Below, piece after piece: positions 14,887-27,500 of a stretch of 49,550 bases of DNA. The stretch spans positions 1 through 49,550 of the forward strand of contig JAQGDQ010000529.1 in the NCBI GenBank assembly GCA_030141605.1, written 5' to 3'. Within the stretch, counting starts at the first letter, position 1, and each line of letters begins with the position of its first letter. The stretch is from Tubiluchus corallicola. Its lineage: Eukaryota; Animalia; Priapulida. Made by a program: the position numbers and the translations under genes. The notes beneath the pieces are model-generated. The model searched no databases. It saw only the letters and a program-made list of their open reading frames with translations, and was not told the origin of the DNA.

Positions 14887-15494
14887 CCCCCACTTCTCTC
14901 TCTCTCCCCCTCCTCACCTTTCCCTCTCTCTCCCCACCTCTCTTTCTCTCTCTCTCCCCACCTCTCCCTTTCCCTCTCCCCCACCTCTCTCTCTCTTTTC
15001 TCTCTCTCTATCCCCACCTCTCCCTTTCCCTCTCGCCCACCTCTCTCTCTCTCTCTCTCTCGCTCTCTTTCTCTTTCTCTCTCTCTTTCTCTCCCCCCAC
15101 TTCTCTCTCTCTCCCCCTCTCTTTGTCTTTCCTCACCTTTCCCTCTCTCTCCCCACCTCTCTTTCTCTCTCTCTCCCCACCTCTCCCTTTCCCTCTCCCC
15201 CACCTCTCTCTCTCTTTCTCTCTCTCTATCCCCACCTCTCCCTTTCCCTCTCGCCCACCTCTCTCTCTCTCTCTCTCTCGCTCTCTTTCTCTTTCTCTCT
15301 CTCTTTCTCTCCCCCCACTTCTCTCTCTCTCCCCCTCTCTTTGTCTTTCATCACCTTTCCCTCTCTCTCCCCACCTCTCTTTCTCTCTCTCTCCCCACCT
15401 CTCCCTTTCCCTCTCCCCCACCTCTCTCTCTCTCTTTCTCTCTCTCTATCCCCACCTCTGCCTTTCCCTCTCGCCCACCTCTCTCCCTCCCTCG

Positions 15495-15534
<40 letters not shown>

Positions 15535-18500
15535 CCTCTCCCTCTTTCCCCTTGGTAACCTAGTGATTCCATTTTCAGCCTAATTGTGGTTTTTATACCA
15601 TTATGTACATTATGTAAACCAAATGAATATATATATGATGAAGTTTTATTTACCTTATGGCATCTAAAGTTGTCTAGCTATTCTATTTTTACTAATACTT
15701 CACTAATTCACAAATCTAATAAGTGCAGAAAAGCTAGCAACTTCACCCACGTCTATAAAAAACGCTTCATAAACAACCCACTATTATAATAACTTTTTAA
15801 TTAAATTTTTGATTCAAAAATCCGATGTTTCTACTTAAATTTATTATACTTTATAAATAAAGACATTTTATTTATTGATTTTAAAACGGATACTGTTCCT
15901 GTTATAAAGAACTACATAAAGACGCTCTTTAGTAAATCAGCCAGCCAATGACACTAGAAAGACTCGACAACATGAATTCTGCAGCTAAAGAGATACAAGG
16001 CAGCAGAGTGACTGCTTAGATATCTCCTGTTCTTTTACCTTTTTGTGGTTTTAAATTCAGTGTGAACAAAGCCGAGTAAAATATTGTTTGAAAGACACCA
16101 TTTAGAATAATTAGAATTTGCCATAATGGCACACGTGTCACGCAATACGAGTTATTTCTACAATTTAATTTGTAAAACTTTTGCTTTAAGTTTACTCTTT
16201 CCATAAACGATACATATATGTTCAACCCTGCACAATAAAACAATTATGTTTATTTTTACTGCCTGCTAAAAGCTTAAAAACTGCTCAATTTTATTGAAGT
16301 TGATAAAATTGATGCCCTCATTGCAAAAACAAAGCGACACTGCATTACAGTTGCATTGGGAATACCTGGGAAACTTCCTTAACAAAAGGGTGTCATGTAG
16401 GTTATGGAGTCCCTAGGGTTTCCCCTTCGCCACAAATACAGAAGTGGATGGAGTCCCTAGGTTTCCTCTTCACCACAAATACAGAAAGTGGATGGAGTCC
16501 CTAGGTTTCCTCTTCGCCACAAATACAGAAAGTGGATGGAGTCCCTAGGGTTTCCTCTTCGTCACAAATACGGAAAGTGGATGGAGTCCCTAGGGTTTCC
16601 TCTTCGCCACAAATACAGAAAGTGGATGGAGTCCCTAGGTTTTCTCTTCGCCACAAATACAGAAGTGGATGGAGTCCCTAGGGTTTCCTCTTCACCACAA
16701 ATACAGAAGTGGATGGAGTCCCTAGGTTTTCCTCTTCGCCACAAATACAGAAAGTGGATGGAGTCCCTAGGTTTTCATCTTCGCCACAAATACAGAAAGT
16801 GGATGGAGTCCCTAGGTTTTCCTCTTCGCCACAAATACAGAAAGTGGATGGAGTCCCTAGGTTTCCTCTTCACCACAAATACAGAAAGTGGATGGAGTCC
16901 CTAGGTTTTCTCTTCGCCACAAATACAGAAGTGGATGGAGTCCCTAGGGTTTCCTCTTCGCCACAAATACAGAAGTGGATGGAGTCCCTAGGTTTTCCTC
17001 TTCGCCACAAATACAGAAGTGGATGGAGTCCCTAGGTTTTCTCTTCGCCACAAATACAGAAGTGGATGGAGTCCCTAGGGTTTTCCTCTTCGCCACAAAT
17101 ACAGAAGTGGATGGAGTCCCTAGGTTTTCCTCTTCGCCACAAATACAGAAGTGGATGGAGTCCCTAGGTTTTCTCTTCGCCACAAATACAGAAGTGGATG
17201 GAGTCCCTAGGGTTTTCCTCTTCGCCACAAATACAGAAGTGGATGGAGTCCCTAGGTTTTCCTCTTCACTACAAATACAGAAAGTGGATGGAGTCCCTAG
17301 GGTTTCATCTTCGCCACAAATACAGAAAGTGGATGGAGTCCCTAGGGTTTCATTTTCGCCACAAATACAGAAAGTGGATGGAGTCCCTAGGGTTTCCTCT
17401 TCGCCACAAATACAGAAAGTGGATGGAGTCCCTGGGGTTTCCTCTTCGCCACAAATACAGAAAGTGGATGGAGTCCCTAGGTTTTCCTCTTCGCCACAAA
17501 TACAGAAAGTGGATGGAGTCCCTAGGTTTTCATCTTCACCACAAATACAGAAAGTGGATGGAGTCCCTAGGGTTTCATCTTCGCCACAAATACAGAAAGT
17601 GGATGGAGTCCCTAGGGTTTCCTCTTCGCCACAAATACAGAAAGTGGATGGAGTCCCTAGGGTTTCATCTTCGCCACAAATACAGAAAGTGGATGGAGTC
17701 CCTAGATTTTCCTCTTCGCCACAAATACAGAAAGTGGATGGAGTCCCTAGGGTTTCCTCTTCGCCACAAATACAGAAAGTGGATGGAGTCCCTAGGTTTT
17801 CATCTTCACCACAAATACAGAAAGTGGATGGAGTCCCTAGGGTTTCATCTTCGCCACAAATACAGAAGTGGATGGAGTCCCTAGGTTTTCATCTTCGCCA
17901 CAAATACAGAAGTGGATGGAGTCCCTAGGGTTTCATCTTCGCCACAAATACAGAAAGTGGATGGAGTCCCTAGGGTTTTCCTCTTCGCCACAAATACAGA
18001 AGTGGATGGAGTCCCTAGGTTTTCCTCTTCGCCACAAATACAGAAGTGGATGGAGTCCCTAGGTTTTCCTCTTCGCCACAAATACAGAAGTGGATGGAGT
18101 CCCTAGGGTTTCCTCTTCGCCACAAATACAGAAGTGGATGGAGTCCCTAGGGTTTCCTCTTCGCCACAAATACAGAAAGTGGATGGAGTCCCTAGGGTTT
18201 CATCTTCGCCACAAATACAGAAAGTGGATGGAGTCCCTAGGGTTTCCTCTTCGCCACAAATACAGAAGTGGATGGAGTCCCTAGGGTTTCCTCTTCGCCA
18301 CAAATACAGAAGTGGATGGAGTCCCTAGGGTTTCCTCTTCGCCACAAATACAGAAGTGGATGGAGTCCCTAGGGTTTCATCTTCGCCACAAATACAGAAA
18401 GTGGATGGAGTCCCTAGGTTTTCATCTTCGCCACAAATACAGAAAGTGGATGGAGTCCACCCAAACACTAGGGTTTCCTCTTCGCCACAAATACAGAAGT

Positions 18501-21500
18501 GGATGGAGTCCCTAGGGTTTCCTCTTCGCCACAAATACAGAAGTGGATGGAGTCCCTAGGGTTTCCTCTTCGCCACAAATACAGAAGTGGATGGAGTCCC
18601 TAGGGTTTCCTCTTCGCCACAAATACAGAAAGTGGATGGAGTCCCTAGGGTTTCATCTTCGCCACAAATACAGAAAGTGGATGGAGTCCCTAGGGTTTCC
18701 TCTTCGCCACAAATACAGAAAGTGGATGGAGTCCCTAGGGTTTCATCTTCGCCACAAATACAGAAAGTGGATGGAGTCCCTAGGGTTTCCTCTTCGCCAC
18801 AAATACAGAAGTGGATGGAGTCCCTAGGTTTCCTCTTCACCACAAATACAGAAAGTGGATGGAGTCCCTAGGTTTTCATCTTCGCCACAAATACAGAAAG
18901 TGGATTTACTTAGAAGCTATTAATTGTCTCCAAAGCATGATACTCATTTCAAATCTAGCTAGCTTCACTAATTTTTCGAAATCGTATTTTATAGAAAAGA
19001 TAACACTGTACATAAAATTCTGCGGCCTTAAAAGTCGTATTGTTTGTATTGTTTTTGGTCTTTTTTAAATAATCAGTGCTTAATTATAATAAGGTTCAAA
19101 AATTATTTTAAATATTACGTCATATTGCGTCTCTTTCAAAAACTGCCAACTTGAGTTATTAGGTTTGCCGTGAAACTGGAGGATTCTTCTTTCTTCTCCC
19201 GTCTTTATTCGTTTTTTATTTTTATTTCCCTTGTTATGATATCTGTCCTCATATTATCGTACGTCAATGTAATAGTAATAATAGTAATAGTAATTTTATT
19301 TTTCTCCATAAATTTACAATGATTTGACAATAAAATACACAAAAATACAAACGAACATGGTAGAAAGGGTGGCGAAAAACCAAAGGTTATCGAGTCAACC
19401 ACCCTTCTCAGAAAGACAGTAAACGTCTTATGTACGTATACGTAGTGGTACTAAATACAGAAATTTTAATTGCCGTTCTGTTAGCTGTGAAAAATCGTTT
19501 TTCATATTGACCATTAACATGTGGAACAACCTACCACAGAACATTCGTGAAATTACATCCATTTCACAATTCAAACAAGAGCTCAAATCTCATTTAAGTT
19601 TTTCGTTGCGTAAGAAACATTTTTCATTTGGTAAACCTCCAATATCAGTGCATCATACGCGCATGAGAATAGGATTTTCTCAGCTAAACTATGACCTTTT
19701 CTCTAAAGGCTGTAAAGATAATAACGGTCATCCAATATTGCCGAATTGTAACTGTGGATTTCGATTTGAGTCTGTTGAACACTTTTTGTTGCACTGCCCA
19801 TTGTATCAACTAGCTAGGGTAGTTATGTTTGATAAATTAAATGCAATACTTCTGCCCGAAAACCTTAATATAGCTGTCTTAGGAACTAATGATCTGTTGA
19901 AGTTGTTATTATTCGGAAAAGATGAATTTAACTATGTTACTAACTGTAAAATATTCCAATGCATACATGACTTTATATTATGTACTAAACGCTTCCAGTA
20001 GTTTCTATCTGATATAAAATGCATCATTCTTAAATAATCGTACATTAATATTTACTAACCGTCATTTCTACTAATGTCTAATGTATCACTGTAGTAAAAC
20101 TTTAGTATACTAAAGTATACTAAAAACTAAGTATAGTTTATTCTTACTGTAAATGTTCTTGTAAATAGTGTATAAAGTCTGTTGTGGTGAGGATCCTAAA
20201 TCATGTTGTACAAACTGTCTGATCCAATCCTAAATAAATTATGTTTAAACTAAACTAAAGACAGTAAACAAAAAGACGCTAATGACAGCAGACACAACTA
20301 TATTAAAAAATACATAAACGTGCAGAAATACAAAAACAAAAATACAACAACAGCAAAAAAACAAAAATCAAAAATCAAAAATAAAACAAAAATTTGGCGA
20401 AAAACCAAAGGTTATCGAGTCAACCACCCTTCTCAGAAAGACAGTAAACAAAAAGACGCTAATGACAGCAGAACACAACTATATTAAAAAATACATAAAC
20501 GTGCAGAAATACAAAAACAAAAATACAACAACAGCAAAAAAACAAAAATAAAAAATAAAAACAAAAATGCTCAAACATGTTATTAGGGCATTCTCTATTA
20601 TCACCTCTATTCTTATATCAAGTTAGGTGTGCTTGCTAGCAAACAAACGTCGTAATTCAAACCCTGTGACCGCTTCGATTCATTTCTCATTCTACCTGAC
20701 TAGATGAACAATAGTTCGTCTGCAGGAAAAACCATGCTTTAAGCTTAATGATTGCCTAATGTTAATGGCCTTGCTTTTCCCATTAGCACTATCTCATAGT
20801 TATTACAGGTAAGGAACACCCACCAAGATCATTAAGCTCTGAACCGCCCAACGTTTCCTGCTTTTATAATAGGTATTACACCATACAGCTTCTTTTAGAC
20901 ACGTGTAATAACTTAATTGGGCTCTGTTGATTAATTCAGATGATTTGCAACACCCGGGCCTCGTTAGGTAAAAAAAATCTCGCGATAAAGGATGATATAA
21001 TGCGCAGTGTTACAGTCCACAATAGGAAACTAAATTCGAGTGAAAGACAGAAGAATAATAAACCATAAAAAATCCTAAAAGTGTTCTGTAATGAAATTTT
21101 TAAGATTCTGTAATGAAAAATTAACGCTTTCATTAAAAAATTCACACAAAAACACAGAAAGGACTCAATTACTAATAAAGTGCTTAATCAGTAGCACATT
21201 ACATACATTATTGTCGTTCTAGTGTTCCTGGGTGATATCTGTATGTGCTTTTTGTGCTGTTAATGATATTCCCTGTTCATCGTGTTCTTATAGTGCTATT
21301 TTGTTCTTATTGAGTTAACAGTGACAATCTGTGATTGTTGTGTTATCAGTGACAATCTGTGATTGTTGTGTTATCAGTGACAATCTGTGATTGTTGTGTT
21401 TTTAATGACATTCTATGCGTATTGTGTTATCAGTGACAATCAGTGATTGTTGTGTTATTAGTGACAATCTGTGATTATTGTGTTATCAGTGACAATCTGT

Positions 21501-24500
21501 GATTATTGTGTTATCAGTGACAATCTGTGATTATTGTGTTATCAGTGACAATCTGTGATTGTTGTGTTATCAGTGACAATCTGTGATTATTGTGTTATCA
21601 GTGACAATCTGTGACTGTTGTGTTATCAGTGACAATCTGTGATTGTTGTGTTATCAGTGACAATCTGTGATTGTTGTGTTATCAGTGACAATCTGTGATT
21701 GTTGTGTTATTAGTGACATTCAGTGATTGTTGTGTTATTAGTGACATTCTGTGATTGTTGTGTTATTAGTGACATTCTGTGCTTATTGTGTTATCAGTGA
21801 CAATCAGTGATTGTTGTGTTATTAGTGATTGTTGCTTATGCTTACTGTGTTATTGTCAAAACTGAAAACTCAACGATACCAAATGAAAACAAAATTACTA
21901 CAAATACTTGTCACGTGAACAATTAACACGTAACTGTTTGCAGCTGAGCTAAAAGAGCTAAAGACTTGAAAAGCCCAACAGCAATGCATGGATTACTCAG
22001 TGTGTGGTTATTACAAATCCAAATAAAATTGTTTTAGACATTTTTCGTGTAGCTGCTTCCTATCTTCACATAACCTTCTATTTGTCACTGACAATAAAGC
22101 AACTTACAAGCTGAAATCTCGTAAATAAAAGTATTAAAAAAGGCTATAAAGCCAAAGTCTTATAGATGCATAAAAGAAGTTTTTAACTACGTATATTACG
22201 CATGAAATTTACGAGGTGTCTTTTAGTTTAAACATAATTTCTCATAGGATTCGATCAGACAGTTTCCCAACATGATCCTCTCCACAACAAACTATACACA
22301 CTATTTAAAAAACATTTACAGTAAGAAACGACTATACCTTATTGCAGGTGTCTTGATGTATCCTTTATTGCAGAGATTTTTCTAACAATAAACTGGAGTA
22401 CATTGCTGATAGGACGTTCATACACAATACTCAGTTGGAGAATATAGTCTTTTATGGAAATCCGATCGAGCGAGTTGGACACTACGCCTTTTCGCAGCTG
22501 CCATATTTAAAATCTCTGTGAGTATGCAACTTTTACTACTGAAGTCGATACGAAATCCTCGTCTCATAATCTTTGTCTTCGCCGCTGCTTCAGCAACATC
22601 ATGTCGTTATTGCTGTTGTTGTTGTTAATATTAGATTGTCATTCTCATTGTCATTATCAAGCCTGTCATCACCATCATCATCATTATAATCATCATCATC
22701 ATTATGTTGCTGTCATCTTTTCGTCCTTTTATGTGACCGATAACATTATCAGGAAAATTTGTTTGCAACATTCGCCGCTGCTTCAGCAACATCATGTCGT
22801 TATTGCTGTTGTTGTTGTTAATATTAGATCGTCATTCTCATTGTCATTATCATGCCTGTCATCACCATCATTATCATTATGTTGCTGTCATCTTTTCGTC
22901 CTTTTATGTGACCAATATGTGACCATTGTCCATATATGTGACCAATAACATTATCAGGAAAAATTGTTCGCAACATCAACGACTTCGCCATTATCATCAT
23001 CACCTTCTCTTTCATTAGCGGTTCCTCCTATTGCACTGTTATTATAGTTGTAACCACAGCCACAAAAACTTTTATGAAGTTAGGCAATGCTGTCTTCCAG
23101 TGAGGATTTGAATGGTAGACAGCAGTCACAACGTTCAGATTGGAATGTGTGTAATTTGGGAGTAAAATATGCCCCCTACGATGTACAGATCTAGTTAAAT
23201 TCTCTGAATTTGAAATGAACTTCTGCTCTTTGTGAAATTTCATCTGATAATTAGTCTTACCTCGACGGGAAAATTGTGTCTTTCTTTTACTGACTTCTGC
23301 GTTAATATTAGAAAAATACAATAAAATTTTGAAACATTTTTCCTCTGTAGTGTAGTGTAGTACAACTGTACAATTTGTTCATTATTCTAATCCTAGATGG
23401 CGCTGATAAGGCGCTTATAATAAGCACCTGTAGTGTAGTGTAGTACAACTGTACAATTTGTTCATTATTCTAATCCTAGATGGCGCTGATAAGGTGCTTA
23501 TAATAAGCACCTGTAGTGTAGTGTAGTACAACTGTACAATTTGTTCATTATTCTAATCCTAGATGGCGCTGATAAGGCGCTTATAATAAGCACCTGTAGT
23601 GTAGTGTAGTACAACTGTACAATTTGTTCATTATTCTAATCCTAGATGGCGCTGATAAGGCGCTTATAATAAGCACCTGTAGTGTAGTGTAGTACAACTG
23701 TACAATTTGTTCATTATTCTAATCCTAGATGGCGCTGATAAGGCGCTTATAATAAGCACCTGTAGTGTAGTGTAGTACAACTGTACAATTTGTTCATTAT
23801 TCTAATCCTAGATGGCGCTGATAAGGTGCTTATAATAAGCACCTGTAGTGTAGTGTAGTACAACTGTACAATTTGTTCGTTATTCTAATCCTAGATAGCG
23901 CTGATAAGGCGCTTATAATAAGCACCTGTAGTGTAGTGTAGTACAACTGTACAATTTGTTCGTTATTCTAATCCTAGATGGCGCTGATAAGGCGCTTATA
24001 ATATGCACCTGTAGTGTAGTGTAGTACAACTGTACAATTTCTTCATTATTCTAATCCTAGATGGCGCTGATAAGGTGCTTAAAGTAAGCAGCGTGTTATG
24101 CACCAAGTTATTTGGTTTGACCATGAAAGCTTTCTATAACTTGTAAAGCAACATATGTAACTTTGTTTCTTAATTATAATAGTAATATTGTTAAAGCATT
24201 ACATAATTTACCTACTTTTTTGTTTTCCTTCAACGATTAGGCACCTCTCTGAGGCTTTTAGGCAAATCACTTTTCCGGATCTAAACGGGACGATTCGGTT
24301 AGACGTTTTGACCATGGATAGGTGCGCCATAGAATCCATTCCTACCGACCTGTGCAACGTCCTACCAGTTCTTCGTAGTCTGTAAGTGATAATGTACAAT
24401 TTCGATAATTAACTTTTCTCAATAAAAACTAAGTTTTGTGTCTGTATAGATGGCCTAATAGTATAATATTGGACCGAAATCGACTCAGGGGGTCGAACTC

Positions 24501-27500
24501 CAAGATAGCATGGCGGTCTTGAAATTGCGCATCATGAAGATCCATTTTACTATCGTTGTGTAACTGATTACTTAACTACAAATGTCAATTTTAATTACAA
24601 ATGTTAAGCTAATTAACTAAGTTAATGTCTGTAGACTAGTACCATATACCTGTTATAGCACGTCATTTAACTCTCATAAAATAAAATAGACAAAAACTAC
24701 ATTGTACGGAGCTTATTAACAGCACTAATAAAAATAAGGAACCAAAATACACGTGCACAAAAAATAACCAACTAACTCAGTAACAGCACTACACCCGAGG
24801 AGCACCTGTGTCAGAAATCCAGGCTGCAGTGACCTCTACAAGCTTTTATACTGGCATTCCAGGTCAGCTGGCTTCTCACACCACGTGTAGGCCCAAACAA
24901 GACGTCTGGACCTACAAGAAAGGGGTGAATCGCTGCTGACGTGGAAGCAGGGCGTGTAGAGGGCCCTACACCTGACCCGACACAGGTGCCTCCGTAACAA
25001 TATTATAAAACTTGCGCAACTGCTGAAGTTGCTGGCAGTAGACCGAACAGTCAAACCGATTCTACTGCCATATACAGACTACGCACACTGCATCCAAACA
25101 TTTTGACCAATGGCGCACATGGATTGCTGTTATACCTACCAAACACAAAACCAAAAGAAATTCACTACAGCCATTCTATCTCAGCTTAGACTAATGAGAA
25201 TTAACCGTATTTTAGTAATTAAAGGAAAGAACAAATCGCTTAACTTCGGTTTTATTTTTTCCTGTTATCACTTAAACTTAGAAAAATTAAACAAAAATAT
25301 TTGCAGTAAAATTGTCTACAAACCATAAAGTTAATTTATACTACCTCTGTATGGAACTGTTTAGGTGCGGGGTATCCACCATTCATTTGAAAATTATGAC
25401 GAAACTAGTCTTCGTGACTTTTCGTAACCACATCCTGGCTTTCTGTAAGCGTGCCTTGCTTAAACAAATTCAAACTTCTGCAGCTTACTTAATGTTTATG
25501 CAAGAATATCACAAAATTAGCTAAGCATTTTTTGTAAAAACTTGTTAAACTTTTGGCCGAAATTGACAGTTATTTCAGTCGATGAATGACGTTATTGGTG
25601 GAAGAACGGGCGTTCAAAACGGGAACACTCAAGCGTGAAACTACCGCGAACTTAAAGTGATTTTACTGTTTACACAAGACGCTTATCACACTTTTGTACT
25701 AAATCTTTCTAAAATTTTTATCGAATATTGCAGTAAGCCTAACTTCCCAGAAGGCTTGACCTTTCCTTTAAACAAACAAAAGTATTTGCATTTATACTAG
25801 TGACTGTTTAGAAGAAGTTTAAGAGAGAGTGTGTTTTATTCTTTCTGTTTTATTTTTTATTTCCATTGTCAGGATATTGCATTCCAACAACATTAAGGAA
25901 ATTCCAGACATGACCAACTGCTCGCAACTGCGAATACTGTGAGTATTTTTACAATCCACTAAACATATGGTAGGTGTTATTTTCATATTTAAAGGGGAAG
26001 GAAAGGCAATTTTAAAGTATGTTCCAAAAACGTTCCATTCCGAGTTACTTATACGACGGCCCTTATCTTTTTGAAAAACTTATGTTAACTTTGTAATTCT
26101 CTTAGTAATTTTATATGTTCACGCGAACTGGTAAAAGCTTATTTGTCGCTGTCTCTCCTTCCCAGTGTGCACCACTGACTCACCAAAAAACGAATTTTTA
26201 ATCTTATTGACAAGTTACAGTAATTCATGCTTTTGCTCATGTGTGCTATAAAGCTACGATTATTTTTTAAACTTCTTTCATGCGACTTATCGTTAGAATG
26301 ACTGCGTCTAACGCCTGGCGGGAGTTTAAATTTGCAAGTTTTATGAAGCGTTACTGCTAATACAAGCTCTGTATGCAATATGTAAGCAATATAAAATTTC
26401 AAGACGAATTTTTTAAGCTTCATTCATGGCTTTAATCGTTTATTTTAACTCTTTCCTTTACCAGTCATCTTGGCTTCAACGAGATAAGAGCGATACCTGA
26501 CGGCGTTCTAGCTGGACTTGACCAACTTCGAGATCTCACATTACCTCATAACTACATCGAATACATCGGTCCAACTACTCTTAAAGGTCTTACAAGTCTA
26601 CAGAGTCTGTACGTCTTTTCTATCGTTTATCTTTAGCTAGATTGCGAGAGTTAACTTGCGCAGAGTATAAGTGCCTCTTTTTCTGGCCGGATATTTAAAG
26701 AATAAGAAAAGGGAAATTAAAGGTTATATCAAAAACGTTTCCACACAAAGTTATATTACTTAGCACTATGCTTACCTGTTTGAAAGACTGGTGTAACAAG
26801 AAAATAAAATTTTCAATAATTTAAAATGTTTGTGCATATGCTGTCAACCATGCTAATATATATATATATATATATATAAATTCTTTATTTGTCATTAAAA
26901 TTGTTCACTCATTATAATAAAATTGAGTAATCCTCAGCGTAATGTTAAAATAACAACACTGTTCAAGACAAATACGTCCAGTGCAGACTAAAAAAACTAA
27001 AGTGCAAAACTAAGGCCTAATTATATACAATAAATGAACATATTTACAAACACCATATTAAAATATTTTTACAAAACAATATTACAAAAGTACATTAAAT
27101 TTTACATGACATATTTTACACAATATATACATTTGACATGACACAATTAACAGAAACATGCTTTACATTACATAAATTTCACTCATTACAGTTACACTAT
27201 TTATACATTTGACATTACAAAACTAACATAACAAGTATTGCATTGCATCATTTTTTTTAAAAGAAATTTACATTTTTAATCGTTTTATGGAGTCAAGGGC
27301 GGGGGTAGATGAAGGTGGAGTCTGAGTAAAATGCCACTGATTCGATATCTCAGTGTGCACGAAGAAATTTGCTTCTTAATTTTGATGATAAGTTAGTAAA
27401 TTGTGCTTTAAAAATGCTCTAAATATTTTTCCGAACTTTGTTCAATGTCATCTGAACTTGCTACAATTTCCTCTTCAAGAATTGACTACTAAAATCGCTA

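Noticed and set aside
14811-15583. ER/GE- and LS-rich ORFs
   Set aside because: CT/GA low-complexity DNA.
16405-18905. CRISPR array or repeat-protein gene (ORFs MDGVPR.../MESLGF...)
   Set aside because: Head-to-tail units have no unique spacers, there are no cas genes, the array is in a eukaryotic intron, and 44/45-bp variation shifts frames constantly.
22227-22320. Extra LGR exon before 22374 (AG...GTAAG)
   Set aside because: In-frame TGA in the expected phase and no LRR pattern; the LRR series is already contiguous.
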